A stretch of 64,000 nt of DNA from Dipteris shenzhenensis (Eukaryota), in NCBI GenBank assembly GCA_047967505.1, contig CM106538.1. One strand, given 5' to 3'. The stretch's first letter is position 1. The number at the start of each line of letters is the position of its first letter. Positions 27,317-40,917 of the stretch are shown here, piece by piece. The notes below the pieces were generated by a model. The model searched no databases. It was not told where the DNA came from and was given only the letters and a program-made list of their open reading frames with translations. Position numbers and translations under genes: made by a program.

Positions 27317-28560
27317 ATGTGATTGAATGATGTAATAGACTGGAGACAACATGTCCCTGTTGCTATCTCAAAGTTGAACTTTATGAAAAGGGTATGATGG
27401 TTGTGACGATTGCACCATTTGAAAACACACTCTGCTCTATGCCCCCCAGCACTGCCACCATTGCCAATAATGAGAATACAGATCCTGAAGGAGGTTTCAT
27501 ATTTGAGGGGAGTGATTATTATGATGGACCCAGCACGTTCAACGTTACAGATCACTCTGGCATAAGCTTTGGACGTGACCCTGAGGAGTTTCAAAATAGG
27601 GATTCGACTTTGGATAAAACCTGCCTGGCTTCTTCTGGTGAAGCTGATTATTTTATAGGAGAAGGCCAAGTCTCCAAAACTTCGGATGAGGAGAGCCAGC
27701 ATGACCCTGACGGAGTACAAGTGCAGGATGGTGTGCCAAGTCAAGGCCCAGGATCTTTCAATCCTGAATCAAATTCTAGCTTTAGAGGGTTTCATGTAGT
27801 TTTGATAGAGCCTCTAAAAAATAAACCACAATGCCAAATGTTGAAGGTGAGTACTTTGCAAGCTACAATACCAAGTTCTAGTATCACTACAAGTACTCAA
27901 AAAAGAGAACGTTCATCTATAAAGAAAGGAAAAAAGGAAGAACAAGAGCATGAAGAAGAGGAAGGTGTCAATGAAGAACCTAAATCTTCATCTCAATGAG
28001 TGAGTGGTGATAGATGATGACCTAGGCTATATTTGGGGCCAAAACACATATGTTGTAAATGTACATAGGGTGCTTAGAGTAGGCGTCTTCACAAATAGCA
28101 TGACATTAGACCTAGCCTATGTTGGCCAGACAAAGACAAAAGAAAGTGTATCAGTTTTAAGAAACTTGAGGTTTTGCATGAAACCTTATCTTTATACTTC
28201 TATGCTTGTTTAACAAAGCCTTTTTTGAATTAATTGGGATGTGTAAATCTCATAACTTTTTTACCTATTTATAGCAGAAGGAGGATGAGGAGGACATAGT
28301 AAGCTCATGTGAAGAAGAATGCGATTCCCATTAAGATGAGTCATGAAAATATGACTACATCGCAGCAAGTATGGAACCTTATCTTTATACTTGTATGCTT
28401 GTTTAACAAAGCCTTTAGTTGGGATTTGTAAATCTCATAAATTGTTTATCTTTTCATTGTAGAAGGAGGATGTGGAGGACATAGCAAGCGAAGAAGAATA
28501 CGATGTAGCTAACTCTCTCAGTAAGTTGAGTCATGAATATATGAATATATTACAGGAGGT
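27317..28560 (+). pseudogene. unidentified spliced gene remnant with acidic low-complexity exons
   Basis: Acceptor TTACAG near 27316, ORF 27394-27999, and two duplicated intron-plus-acidic-exon units (~28178 and ~28371). Confidence 0.35.
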
Positions 28561-29977
28561 TTGAAGCTCATTTAATGTTACGTTGTTAATTCGACAAAAC
28601 CTCATATTATTGCATTTGGTAAAGAGAAGCTTTTAATCCTCTTGAATCCTAAGAAAGAGGTTAATGAGAAAGTCATTAACCTCTTGAATCCTAAGAAAGA
28701 GGTTAATGACAGTCATTACAACCATCCTCATGTTTGATGCAAACTTTTCCTTGGCTTTATACTTTTATATTTTGATTAAACCTAACAAGCTAATACTCAT
28801 TTTTTTTGGATAGTACTATTATAGCACAATTTTCTAAATTTATACAAAGAGTTTCATATATGCTCGATCCTCTTATTTTTGAAGTGCTTAGCAATAAACA
28901 AAATACCATAGAGGACGTTTGCAAGTGGTTGAAGCGTGTCCTATGAGTGAGAGTGCTAAAAGGAAAAGGGTTGGCTCTCCTTTCATCACTTAATACAATA
29001 TTTTTAGACATCAAGGTCAGGGTAGAGCACCCAATGAAAAGTGATGATTTTCTATATATATGTCACTTATGAACAAGTAAGTACCTTTGGGCAACTCCTT
29101 CACCTTCTAAAGACATGATATTAAGTAGGCCTTACCACTTGATATATCATTCAAGGGTAGTGTCTATACTCTTACAACCAGTATCTCTCAACACAAGTCA
29201 CCTATCTTCAAAATGATAACTATTCCTTTGCAAATGGCACTCAAACATAGACAATGTAAACATCATTACCATAAATGACAAGTACCATGATACTTGTGGA
29301 GTCCATTTTGGAGTCAATACTTAGTCAAACAGAGATCTATTAGTGTAGCCAACTAAAACAGATATGGAATAAAATTTTTGACTGGTTAAACCTCTGGATG
29401 GTCAAAGTTTGACCATATTTTGACTGTTTTTCCCAAATCGAATAATCTGAAGCTAGAGGGTGCAATTGAGGCTGTAGAGAAGGGCATTTAAGGGCTTTTA
29501 GAGACAAATGAAAGGCCTAACATCAGAGAAGATCCTCAGGAGAGGATAGGCGAAAAAACGAGCTGCATTGTCTGTGGGAATCCCTCTTTTTTTACTAGTC
29601 TTTTGCTTTGTTCTCAGCATTCTGTGGACCACTTTCCATTAAAATGCATCAGCACCTTCCCAAGAGTGTCGCCCAGCACACCCTTAGAGGAATTGACGAG
29701 ATATGGCTCTAGTAAGCTGAATTGCGTAAAATTTTGTCGAGCATTCTGAGTCTCAGCACGGGCAACAAAGGCCTAATTGCATAGATCGCAATGGTGAAGA
29801 CATGCGCCTTATCTAGATAAAGCTATAGCATGAAGCATTTTAAAAGTTAACGGTCGGATGTTGAGATATGGCACCTCCAATGGTCAGGCCATAAGAGAGC
29901 TCAAACAAAATGAAGGTGATGAAGAAGATAAAATCTTGGGTTCTAGGTGACTCTAAGAGCTAGGTAGGATCGACCTT

Positions 29978-30282
29978 GCTCTAATACCAAATGAAGAGGT
30001 GAGTGGGATAAAAGAGGTGCATCATGGCAAGGAGTGAGAACACATGAGATATAGAAATGAGTGTTCTATCGATTGTGAGAGAGGTGACTCTATCTTATAG
30101 AAATGGAAAGAGGGTGGCCTAGATCATAGGCACCTTCCCTACATCATTGGTGGCAATCAGCCCCTACATCAGTGGGACTGGCCTAAATCAAAGGAACCTC
30201 CCATGTGGGGGCCTTTGGCTTACATCATCACTTAGGTCACACACTAGACACATCATAGCACTAGATGTGCCTCTACAACACA
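29978..30282 (-). mobile_element. PBS plus probable LTR of another decayed retroelement
   Basis: Plus GCTCTAATACCA at 29978-29989 (minus TGGTATTAGAGC, tRNA-iMet-type PBS), followed by a TG-starting purine-rich segment; far boundary uncertain. Confidence 0.45.
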
Positions 30283-33200
30283 CACACACACACACACATC
30301 TGACTTCCCTAGATGCACACATGCACCATAGAGCAAGTCCTTGACCATAGTTATCCCAACAGTGGAATGGACAAGCAACTTGAAGGCCTGGTTGACTACA
30401 ACATGAAAATTCATAGGGTGGTGTCCCTATCCATTTGTTCAAGGATGCCACATTGTCAAAAGCAGCTCGAGTGATCACTCTCCTTACCCAAATTTAGCAC
30501 ACGGAGTATCATAGTGTGATACTCCCAAATCTATTGGCGTATCTCCATAAGCCGGAGGAAACTAATTGGGCTGATCACTTTTATAGGGAGATTGTCACTA
30601 TGTGTACACACTTCAGGAGAAATTTTGGCAATCCCATGTTCATCATGTCCATAATTCACCACATCTCCAATGATGCCATTTCAAAAGGGTATGGGGATGC
30701 TGCTAAAGACTGTGTACTATTGATGGCACCAACTAGAAGGACACCTCTGACTATTGATGGCACCAACCAAAAGGCCAACTCCCATTAAGCCATCTCACTC
30801 AAGAAAAGGAGAGAGGAGGAGACAGGCTGGCACGTAGTAGAAGAAGAAGAAGAGGCCAAATGAAAGCAAGAGCAAGATGCTCTCCTACAACAACAAGAAA
30901 TTGAGATAAAAAGACAAGAAGAAGAAGAAGCACAAAAGAAAGAAGCAGAGGCTCTTGGAGATTAGTGCTCATCCTCATGGGGTGTGTGTAGTCTCGACGG
31001 TGACTCACGTGTCATGGGGATGTTGAATGAATTCCGATGGAGCCTCCACTCTAAGATAATCCTTGTGAGAGAAATGCAAGGCATGAGCCATCCACATGTG
31101 TCACTCAAGCTGCGTCCGGATTGTTGCAAAATGTGTTTCCACGAGAGAAAGAGGGAAGGAGGAGAGGAGAGAAGAGAGAGGAGAAGGGAGGGAGAAGGAG
31201 AAGGGAAGAGGAGAGTGAGGGGGGATGGAGTGCTAAACACAAGGGCACTACGATAGAAACAAGGGAAGACCCAAAACACTCTTGGAAGAGAAGAGGGAGC
31301 TTGTATTCAAACTTGTGCAAACAACAATGAACACCAAAGTCAACCCTTGAGTCCGTAGTGTGCCAAGGCATATTGCTATTCTTTCCATCTCTCCCTACTA
31401 GCAGAAATAGCGCTTGTGTTAACCATATAAGAGCGCTTGGAACAAGCCTGGCATTAGGAGGTGTTCCTAACTAGCTACCAAATAGCACTTGTGTTAGCCT
31501 CATGCCTCCAAGCCTTAAGACATTTGGGGCTCAAACCCTCTATACAAGGCTCAAAACCTGGAGTGGCGAGGCTTAACTCCCGCGAGACACTTAACCGTAG
31601 CTTGCACAGCTAGAACCTACAACCTGTGAGCTTGAACTTGCAATCTGTAAGCTAGAACCTACAACTTGTAGGCCCTAGATAACATCATAATTTCCATAAA
31701 CCTGCCAAAAACTCCTAGATGGTGAAGTAACTAAGAAGGAAAGGGTTCACATATGTCATGGTACTGCTGCAAAAACCGACAAGTAAAACAAAATGAAAAC
31801 CGGCAAGGGTTCAATACCTGCCATGCAGCAAGTGCGCAACCTTGAAGAACATCCAGTCAGCTACACTAGGTAGTACACGCAATAAGATGAGCTACTGATT
31901 CATCTTAACCAGGCTCAGCTAGTGCAAGTCTCAGGGGACGTACAAGGCTACCATCAGAGGCGCACACAAATCGAAACAGCGAGGAAGGAGCGAGCGACAA
32001 CCTTTGCAAAATAGAACGTGAAATGCATATCATGAGATCCCAGGCGATCACAGAGTAGTGACAACAATGTAGGCTCGCTTATAAGAAGAAACTCGTAAAC
32101 ACACATAGGGAATACAGACAATCTAGCACCACGAGCTCAGTACCTAAGTAGTACGTGCATATGTGCGTGTATATGTGCAGCGGAGCAGATTGAGTATAGG
32201 TAGTACGTGTATATGTGCAGAGGAGCAGATTGAGTACCGAGAGACTAGGTGAAACCGTTGACTACGGAGGCAACAATGACGAACGGGTGGAGGAAGAACC
32301 ATGCACAATGCATGCGTAACCAAGCCGTGTATAGCAATGGATATGTACACACAGACTCCTTGTGAGTGTGAAATCGAAAGCAATAGTTCGGTGGGAATAA
32401 GCGTAACTTGTAAGAAGTATATGTAGCGCAAGTCCGAGAGACACAACGTTCATCCACCCATAGCTGGTCTAAGCATCAATTAAGCAAGAGACAGAAACAC
32501 GCTACGAGCAAAGGCAGATTTGGTGCAGAAGTGGAGCAAAGGCCATGCAAAATGTGCGATGCAGTTCTGGGTCGTGAGAACAATCGAGACTGCCCATAAA
32601 CTAATCCAGAAAACCGAAGTACAGATAGCGCTTGCCTTAGTAAGCTCTTCCCAGGCACGTAAGCAGCCAAGCCGTCAGCCAAGCAGTAGATAACAGAGAC
32701 GCCATGCAAGCGTTGCAAGTCGACAAACCAACAAAGGGATATGGTTAATACCAAAGAGACATACCTGAACGGCCGCCATTGGAGCACTTGAAAAAGGGAT
32801 GCATTAAGGTCAAAACGCCAAGACACCAGTGGAAGACGGAAGTATGACGAGCAGCAGACCGTTTCTTTCAAGAGTAGTACATAGCAAAGAGGAAGCAGCA
32901 CTTCTCACCACCTATGTCAAGAGTAGAATAGGGTGGAGAGGATAGGACATGACGAGAGAAGAGGTAGGGGGTCGGTAAAGCTTGGCAATTATAAGAAGGC
33001 AGTGCCTCAATATGGGGAAGGAGCACATGCAGCCAAATCACCACAATTAAAGGTAGAGCACCACCAAGAGCCTTAATCTCGAATCTTATCTCCACCCAAA
33101 CCAATTTTATCATGCTAACCATATTTTGTAAGTGAAGTTGTAACAATTGCATTTCAAGGCTTTATTATCACCATATGTATATCGACTATAAGACCATAAG

Positions 33201-33858
33201 ATTAGATAAACTAAGCTAGTAAATGCACACCTAGTGTATATACTATCAAGTACACCAAGCTAGTAATTTAATTATGAGTTTAAAAATTATTGTCGAGTTG
33301 TGAAGCATAGTACCAGTAGAGGAGGTCATTTTAATATTACTGGAGAGATCTCCAATTTTAGCAACAAATAACCTTGAAGAGTCACCAAAGAAAAGTTGCA
33401 ATAGTTGAATTGAAACCATGGATGTTTTTAAATACATATGAAGTCCCCCATACAAGTAGAGAGACCATAATGATTTTATTGCCTAATTGTTCATGAATAC
33501 TATCTCATGGAATTATTACAATTCAAAATTCACACCCAAACTAAGTAATGAAAACACCCCACTCAACCATACAATGTCATTGCACTTCATAAAAAAGAAA
33601 CAATCCATTCTAAACTGAAGCAGATGTAATAAATCCTCCGTGCATAAGTAATTTAGAAGGTTCCCTTCATCATGTATGACTTCTCAGTAGCTCATTCTTC
33701 CCCCAAATTAGTGTTACCCTGCATTAACCATAGAATGAACCCCATGTTGTAAGTGTGAGCATGAGTAATCAGTATGCATATTATAGAATAAGGGGCTACA
33801 AGCAATGTATAAATGATTTATTTAGGTACTAGCAGATGATACCAGTGTGATGATGCAG

Positions 33859-33929
33859 ATGTGTGTATGTGTGTATGTGTGTGTGTGTGTGTGTGCACGC
33901 ACGCGCGCAGGTGTGTGTATGTGTATGTG
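33859..33929. repeat. (GT/GTAT)n microsatellite just left of the TIR element
   Basis: Visible directly. Confidence 0.9.
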
Positions 33930-34149
33930 AGGGTACAGATAGATCCATTAGGGGAGAATTGGGGTCTCAAAAGGGCCTCATAAGGAATGAATTGGGAAAT
34001 GCTTAGAGGGCTAATGCAAGGGGCTTGGAGGGTTCGAAAGAGGCCTAACCAGCCCAATCTAGGTGGGTTAAGCCTATATTTGAGCCCACCTCTCCCCCAT
34101 CAATGAGGGGAGGGGGCCACTTTTAGAAATTTGAATTTCAAATTTTGAA

Positions 34150-34620
34150 TCTCCCTCCCTCCCTCTCTCTCTCTCTCCCTCCCTCCCTCTCTCTCCCTCC
34201 CTCCCTCCCTCCCTCCCTCCTCCTTCTCCCTCTCCCTCTCCCTCTCCCTCCCTCCCCCTCCCTCCTCCTCTCCCCTCCTCCGTCTTGCTCCTCCTCCTTG
34301 CTCCTCCCTCTCCCCTCCTCCTCCTCCTTCTGGCTCCTCCTCCTCCTTCTAGCTCCTCCTCCCTCCTTCCTCTCCCCTCCTTCTCCAGTCGCCCAGGATC
34401 CCTCTCCTCTACTCCTCCCTCTTGCAGAATCTCTCCCCTCCTCCTCCCTCCTGTAGCATCTCTCCCCTCCTCCTCCCTTCTACAGCAACTCCTTCCCTCC
34501 CTTCTACACCTGTCGCCCTACTCTTCTCCTCCTCTTCCTCTTGCCCTCATCTACTTCATCTCCTCCCTCTTCCTTGCTACTCTCTCCCTCTCACTGCTCC
34601 TTCTTTGCCAGCTCTCTCCT
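34150..34620. repeat. C/T-rich low-complexity tract between the left TIR and the transposase start
   Basis: (CCCT)n/(CT)n/(CCT)n. Confidence 0.85.
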
Positions 34621-34661
34621 ACATTTTAGCTTGCATCACTGATACCTCTCTTTGAGTACTC

Positions 34662-36314
34662 ATGGCACCATCCAAGGACATATCCAACAAGTACCATGTG
34701 AATTTACAACTGGAGGTAGAATATGCAAGCACACGCTCTTTGGGATATAGTGGAACTCCTCAAAGTGTGCTCCACAGTCTTCAATTGCAAGGAAAGAAGC
34801 ATCTTGACCTTTGGGTGGATGGAAACTTGTATCCTTTAGACCGTATTACCCAAAAGAGTCCTCCTTTTCATACAGTGCATGATGTTGTTCGGTTTGTTGG
34901 CAAGGGACATGCTAGATTGCTTGGTTATTACAATCGATTGAACCATTCTTAGACATTGGCTATGCAAGCAAGTGAGGTGCAAGTAGAAGAACTTGCAAAT
35001 TTGGAAAATATTACTATTGTGGCAATGCATAATAGTATGTAGGATCTCCAATTGCAAAACAAAGAACTCAATGACAAAGCACATGCACTAGACTTGGAGC
35101 AACATGAATTGGAAGAATCAATCCAGAAGCTTACTGAAAGCAAACAAGATTTGGAAAGGTATATCTATGGCCAAGTTCAACGTGCTGTGAAGAAGGAACG
35201 AGAGAAGTCGATAGAACGAGTACAAAAGTTGAAGGGAACACCTTTGGGACTGAAGGAGAGGAAAAGACAATTGCAATCTATGGATGCATTGTCAACCAAT
35301 AGTGGTGCTCGAAAGAGGAGAATACGGGCTACAAGGTTAGTTCCCCAAATTTTCAATGAAATTTCTTACCCCAAAATATTTGTGGTGTTGCATTGCTTTC
35401 CACTAAGACTCATTTGTACTCTACTTTAGGAATTTCATGGAGGATGTGATGGGAACAATAGAAATGGATGATAGTGATCCTTCATATGTTCTAAGATGTT
35501 TAATAAAGCCAAGTGATGTCATGGAAGTGTTGAAGGACCCTAGACAAAAAGGGCTACGTAAACAAGTTGCTAGAGAGGTAATGAAGGATTTCAAGGGCCT
35601 CGTCCAAGCAAAGGAGGGGCTTGGAGCTTGTGATGCTACTGGTGTAAGTCATGAAGCTTACAACTCTGTTTTTAAAATTTTCAAGTCTGCTATGGAGGAA
35701 AAGTATAAGATATCTACAATGCCATTGCCAACACCGTGGTCTGTAAGGCTTGCATGTCAAGAAACAAACCAATGTACTAGAGAAAAGCTTACAATGACTT
35801 GGAAGAGTAAAAAGAAATCTGGCATCCAAACGTTTGAGATGAATGCTTTCAATAATGTTTATGTGGATGTAGAGAATTTGCAAAGAGCCATGGTCAAATT
35901 CTATGGGATGAGAGGAGAAGGTAAGAGAAATTCCCTCTTCACATTCAACTTTATTTCTTTTGATTTCTATATCCTTATTGAATTTCTCTTTCATTGTACA
36001 GATGGCAAGCTAGTATTTGTTATAAAAATGGATGAAGCTCAATTGGTAAAAGAGCACAAGCTAGAGAGAGTGAGCATTTGTATTATGAATGGCGCCTTGC
36101 ATTTTGCTCAAGGGGATGAGGAAGTTGAGCAGGGTTTCTTAATCCAATTTGAGAAGGACATATGGTGGCTTGTAGCCTTTGAGACCCCAAAGGAGTGCCA
36201 CGAGACATTGAAGTGGGTTTTGGAGAGAACCAACATCCCGTCGATTATTCGAAGACAAGAGGAAGGGCAAACATTAATTGTGGATGGGCATGGAACGTTT
36301 CAAGTTGAATGGCA
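34662..36314 (+). pseudogene. putative DDE transposase, 5' part (3 exons)
   Basis: ATG at 34662; in-frame TAGs at 34950 and 35040; coiled-coil-like segment; GT-AG introns 35336-35429 and 35921-36001 both splice in frame (RIRATR|NFMEDV; GE|DGKLVFVIKMDEAQ); ...ECHETLKWVL...IVDGHGTFQVEW cut by the copia insertion. Confidence 0.7.
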
Positions 36315-36659
36315 TGACAAAATATGAAGAGGGGAGAGGAGAAGAGTGGAGATGAGGAGAGAGGGCACAGCTAGAGAGCACACCACAAATGACTAACTGT
36401 ACACTAGAATTAGTTGAAAAAATAGAATATATACAAACCCTTTTAGGGTTAGGGTTAGGGGATCTAACCCTTTCCTTTATAGCACTCTATAAGGTTAGTG
36501 CTATGCACATATGATCACGTGATGGTGCTATGCACACATGATCACATGATGTTGAGCGTGAACTCTCAACACCTTCCCTCAAGATCAACATCATGAAGTA
36601 GGCCTTCCCTCAAGATGATGATTCTGGGGAATCGAAGAAGGACTGATCATTACATTCCA

Positions 36660-39600
36660 TCACACCCCTTTAATGGGAATGTCCTTCCTCTGCATCAAAC
36701 CAAGAGCTAGTCGGTGTTTCTCGAATAGCTCTTTACCGAGTGGTTTGGTAAAGATATCTGCAACATTTTCTTTGCTATCACAATGCTGCAGTGTGATGTC
36801 ACCAAGTAACACTCTTTCTCTGATGAAGTGCTCTCTGACATCAATGTGCTTTGTTCTGGAGTGATATACTGGATTTTTGGCCAATGCTTGAGCCGATTGA
36901 TTATCACAGTATATTGTTGTTGGCTTTGACTCATCAAAGTAATCTGTTTCTGACAATAGTCTTCTGAGCCATATAGCCTCACATGCACCTGTAGTGAGTG
37001 CTCTATATTCTGCTTCAGTCGAAGACAAAGAAACAGTTGGCTGTTTGTTTGACAACCATGATATAGCACCTTGACCAAGGAAAAATGCATATCCCTGTGT
37101 CGATCTCCTGGTCTCATGATCTCCAGCATAGTCACTATCACAGTATCCATGCAACCGTGGATGACTTCCTCTGTATTCTATCCCAAATTGTCTTGTACCT
37201 CTGATGTATCTCAAGACTCTTTTGGCTGCATTCCAGTGAGACTGTTTTGGATTTGCCATAAATTGTGCTAGTGAGCTTACTGCATAACAAATATCTGGCC
37301 GTGTGATTGTCAGATATATAAGAGATCCAATGAGTTGCCTGTAGTATCTGTCATTGACTGTAGGCTTTTCTGAATCTTTAGTAAGTTTCAAACTCTGTTC
37401 CATGGGAGTAGCTGCAATCTTGCAATCTGCCATATGAAACTTCTTCAGGAGACTGTCAACATATTTGAGCTGACTCATGAATGTGCTATCTGAATCTCTC
37501 CAGAACTCAATTCCAAGACAATAGTGCATAAGTCCAAGATCTTTCATGTCGAACTCTGCAGATAAGTCTTGTTTTAGCTTTCTGATGAAGCTATCCTTGC
37601 TTCCTGTCACAATCAGATCATCTACGTACAAAAGTGCAATAGTAATATCTTCCCCTTGAACTTTGTAGTAGAGAGTATGATCTGCATTGGACTTCATGTA
37701 TCCCAGATCAGCAAAATACTTGTCAATTCTGCTGTACCAACTTCTGGGTGCTTGCTTTAAGCCATAGAGACTTTTCTTGAGATGGCAAACCTTGTTCTCT
37801 TTTCCTGGTTCAACATAACCGGCTGGTTGTTGCATGTAGACATCCTCGTCTAGATAACCATTGAGAAATGCATTCTTGACATCGAGCTGATACACATTCC
37901 ATTTACTGAGTGTCGCTAGTGATATCAAGAACCGTATGGAATCCATCTTTGCTACTGGAGCATAAGTCTCATCATAATCTTGGCCATATTGTTGTGCAAA
38001 TCCTTTTGCAACTAATCTAGCTTTGTATCTCTGAATACTGCCATCTGGATTGTACTTCACTTTGTATACCCATTTGTTGGCTATGGCCTTCTTTCCTGGT
38101 GGAAGGTCGCATAATACCCAAGTGTTATTTTTATACAAAGCATCCATTTCTTCATTCATTGCAGTTTGCCATTCTGGCTTATCTACTGCGTCTTCGAAGT
38201 ACACTGGCTCTTCTGTAGCCATGATGGTAGTCATAAGAGCATAGTTGGTGGTTTCCACCTGAATTGCTTTGCCTTTCTGAGCATATGTCAATCTGGCTGG
38301 TGGTCTGCTTTCCCTAGTAGACCATCTGAGCTGCTGTGACACTGATTGGGGTGTTGTTGGCAGTTCTTGCTCTTCTTCATCAACCTGTTTTGTAGATGAC
38401 TGTGAAGTCGATGCTTCTATCTTTTGTGTAGGTGAGGTTTTCCATTCTGATTCCTCATCGAAGATTACATCTCTGGAGATAATGACTTTGCGGTTGATGG
38501 GATCATACAATTTGTATGCTTTACTCTCTTCACTGTAGCCAACCATGATGCATTTGCGTGACTTCGCATCCAATTTCCTGCGATGATCATCATGTATGTG
38601 GGCATATGCTATGCAACCAAATATGCGGAGATGCCCAATGCGTGGCTTGTGTCCAGTGAATGCTTCATAAGGAGTCATACCTTGTATCGGTTCGGTAGGA
38701 AGCCGATTAAGCAAGTAGTTAGCTGTAGCTATTGCTTCTGCCCAATACTGATTCGGAAGATGCTTTTCACTAAGCATTGCTCTAGCACTGTCTGCTAAAG
38801 TCCCATTCTTCCTTTCAGCTATTGCATTTTGCTGAGGAGTATCTGCACATGTGAATTGTCTTCGAATGCCGTGAGTTTTGCAAAAGTTCATGAAGGCTGA
38901 AGACATGTATTCACCTCCTCTGTCTGATCTCATGACCTTGATTTTTCTGCCTGTCTGGTTTTCTACCATGGCTTTAAATTCTTGAAATCTGGCAAACACT
39001 TCAGATTTCTCTTTCAGAAAGTAGACCCAACAATATCTGCTGTAGTCGTCGATGAAGGTCAAGTAATAAAGTGAACCATTGATGCTGCGGGTCTGGGCAT
39101 AACCCCATACATCTGTATGAATTAAATCAAGAATACCTCGTGCACGAGAGGTACTTCTGATAAAGTTGGTTCGCTTTTGTTTGCCGAAGCAGCATGCTTC
39201 ACAAACCTTTCCAAGAAACTGTAGCTTCGGAATCCCAATTGCCATATTTTGATTCCTTAGATCTAACAAGTACTTGAAGTTGACATGACCATATCTCTTG
39301 TGCCATTTTGCAGATAGTGACATCTGTTGCATTTGAGCTGACATGGCATGTTTATCTGGTACTGTAGCTAGCATCTTGTACAAGCGTCCTTCCTTGACAC
39401 CTTTTGCTACTAGCTGACCTCTTTTGGATTTGTCTCTGATAGTGCATTCATCACCGTCGAAGATGACTTTGTAGTTGTGTTCCGTCATTTGACCTACTGA
39501 CAAAAGGTTCTTGCTGAGTTTCGGAACATAGAGCACATCTTTGACTAATCCTTTTGTACCAGTGAAATTGTTCATAGGGATAACACCTGTCCCTTGAACC

Positions 39601-40917
39601 GGATTCGGTGTATTGTCTGCTGTATAGATGACATTCTTTTGACCTTCTAATGGCTTCATTTCTGTGAACCATTCCTGATGATTTGTCATATGAGATGATG
39701 CACCGCTGTCGATGTACCAAGGATCCTGTTCCACTTGGTCGACTTGATAGCTGAAATCCTCTTTGGGATTGAAATCAGTGTCTAGGTGCATTGTATCAGT
39801 CTGATGCAATTCCTCACTTGCAAGAAACATATTGCCATGTTCATTTGCAAAATGACTGTGACTAGAATGTCCACCACGATGATTTCCTCTTCCTCGGGAA
39901 TTCCCTTCGATTACTGCTGGATTGACCGCCTTGGTCATACTGCTTCTTGCGACAATCTCTTTCATAGTGTCCAAACTTGTGACAATAGTTGCATTGAATG
40001 TTTGACACATTGGTGGATGCATTCCCTCGTCCTTGGAATCTTCCTCTGTTGGAATGATTTCCTCTTTGCTGATTTTGATGTTGCTGAGGATGCTGCTGAT
40101 GCTGATGCTGATTCTGACTTTGATTTTGACCACTTTTCTGATATGATCTACCTCTGTTTCTGCCTTTGCCTCTGCTTCTGTCTGAAGCGGTGAATGCCTG
40201 ATCATTAGAATGACCTTTACGTGCTTGAATGGCTTGAGTCCAGAGTTCTTCACCAAGTAGAACTGACTGAAGTTCTTCCAGTGTTGGAATTTGCCGTTGG
40301 ATGGCAATACTCTGGACTAGATTCTCATATCCTTCTCCTAGTCCATTCAGGATTACTTGAACCATTTCTGCGGGATTCATAGTCTCTCCTGCTGCTGCAA
40401 GTTGATTGTTGTAGTCTTTGATGCGGAGTACATAAGCATGACCGGTTTCATTGCTATTGCGGAAACTCTGGTTGATCTGGTTTCTCAGGGTGAGAATCCT
40501 GGATGTGTTCTTGGACTCGTAGAGAGCTGCGAACATATCCCATGCTTCTTTTGATGTCTTGACTGTGTTGAGCTGTCCTAGCATGACATCTTGCACATTC
40601 TACTTGATCAGGTGATAGGCATACTTGTCTTTCTTATCCCATTCTGCTTGAGCTCAGGCAATGGCAGGATCTGCTACTGGTGCGGAAACTGTTTGTGTAG
40701 ATGTAGATCCCGATGTAGATCCCGTTGCTAGTGTTGTGACAACAGATGGAGTAGAGCTACTGGTGGCTGGATCGGCCAATGGTCTAGGTATGGATCCATC
40801 AACATACTCCCATTTGTCCTGAAGCACAAGAATGGTCTCCATTCGGTATTTCCATGTACCGTAATTGGAGTTGTCTAACTTAGCAGATGCCTCCAGATTG
40901 AGGTTGCTAGTCGACAT
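36660..40917 (-). pseudogene. copia gag-pol (gag, CCHC knuckle, protease, integrase, RT, RNase H); gag disrupted, pol portion open
   Basis: WYIDSGASSHMT, HKRYGH...CEAC, HTDVWG, RSDRGGEY, QLDVKNAFLNG, LYVDDL, DSDYAGD, ADIFTK in copia order. Lesions: TGA 40656-40654, TAG 40602-40600, +1 frameshift at ~39906. Confidence 0.95.

Noticed and set aside
31900-32900. CpG-retaining segment with several minus-strand ORFs
   Set aside because: No recognisable protein motif, splice structure or termini; cannot assign.
34145-34655. Pro/Ser/Leu-rich ORFs (also 14310-14623 and 58054-58530)
   Set aside because: Products of low-complexity pyrimidine or purine tracts.
36441-36460. Interstitial telomere or chromosome-fusion scar
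   Set aside because: The repeats are an internal part of the LTR and recur in each copy.
39862-40307. Overlapping gag and pol frames suggesting a programmed ribosomal frameshift
   Set aside because: Sibling copies (~18520, ~51585) are in frame at this point; a private 1-nt insertion explains it.
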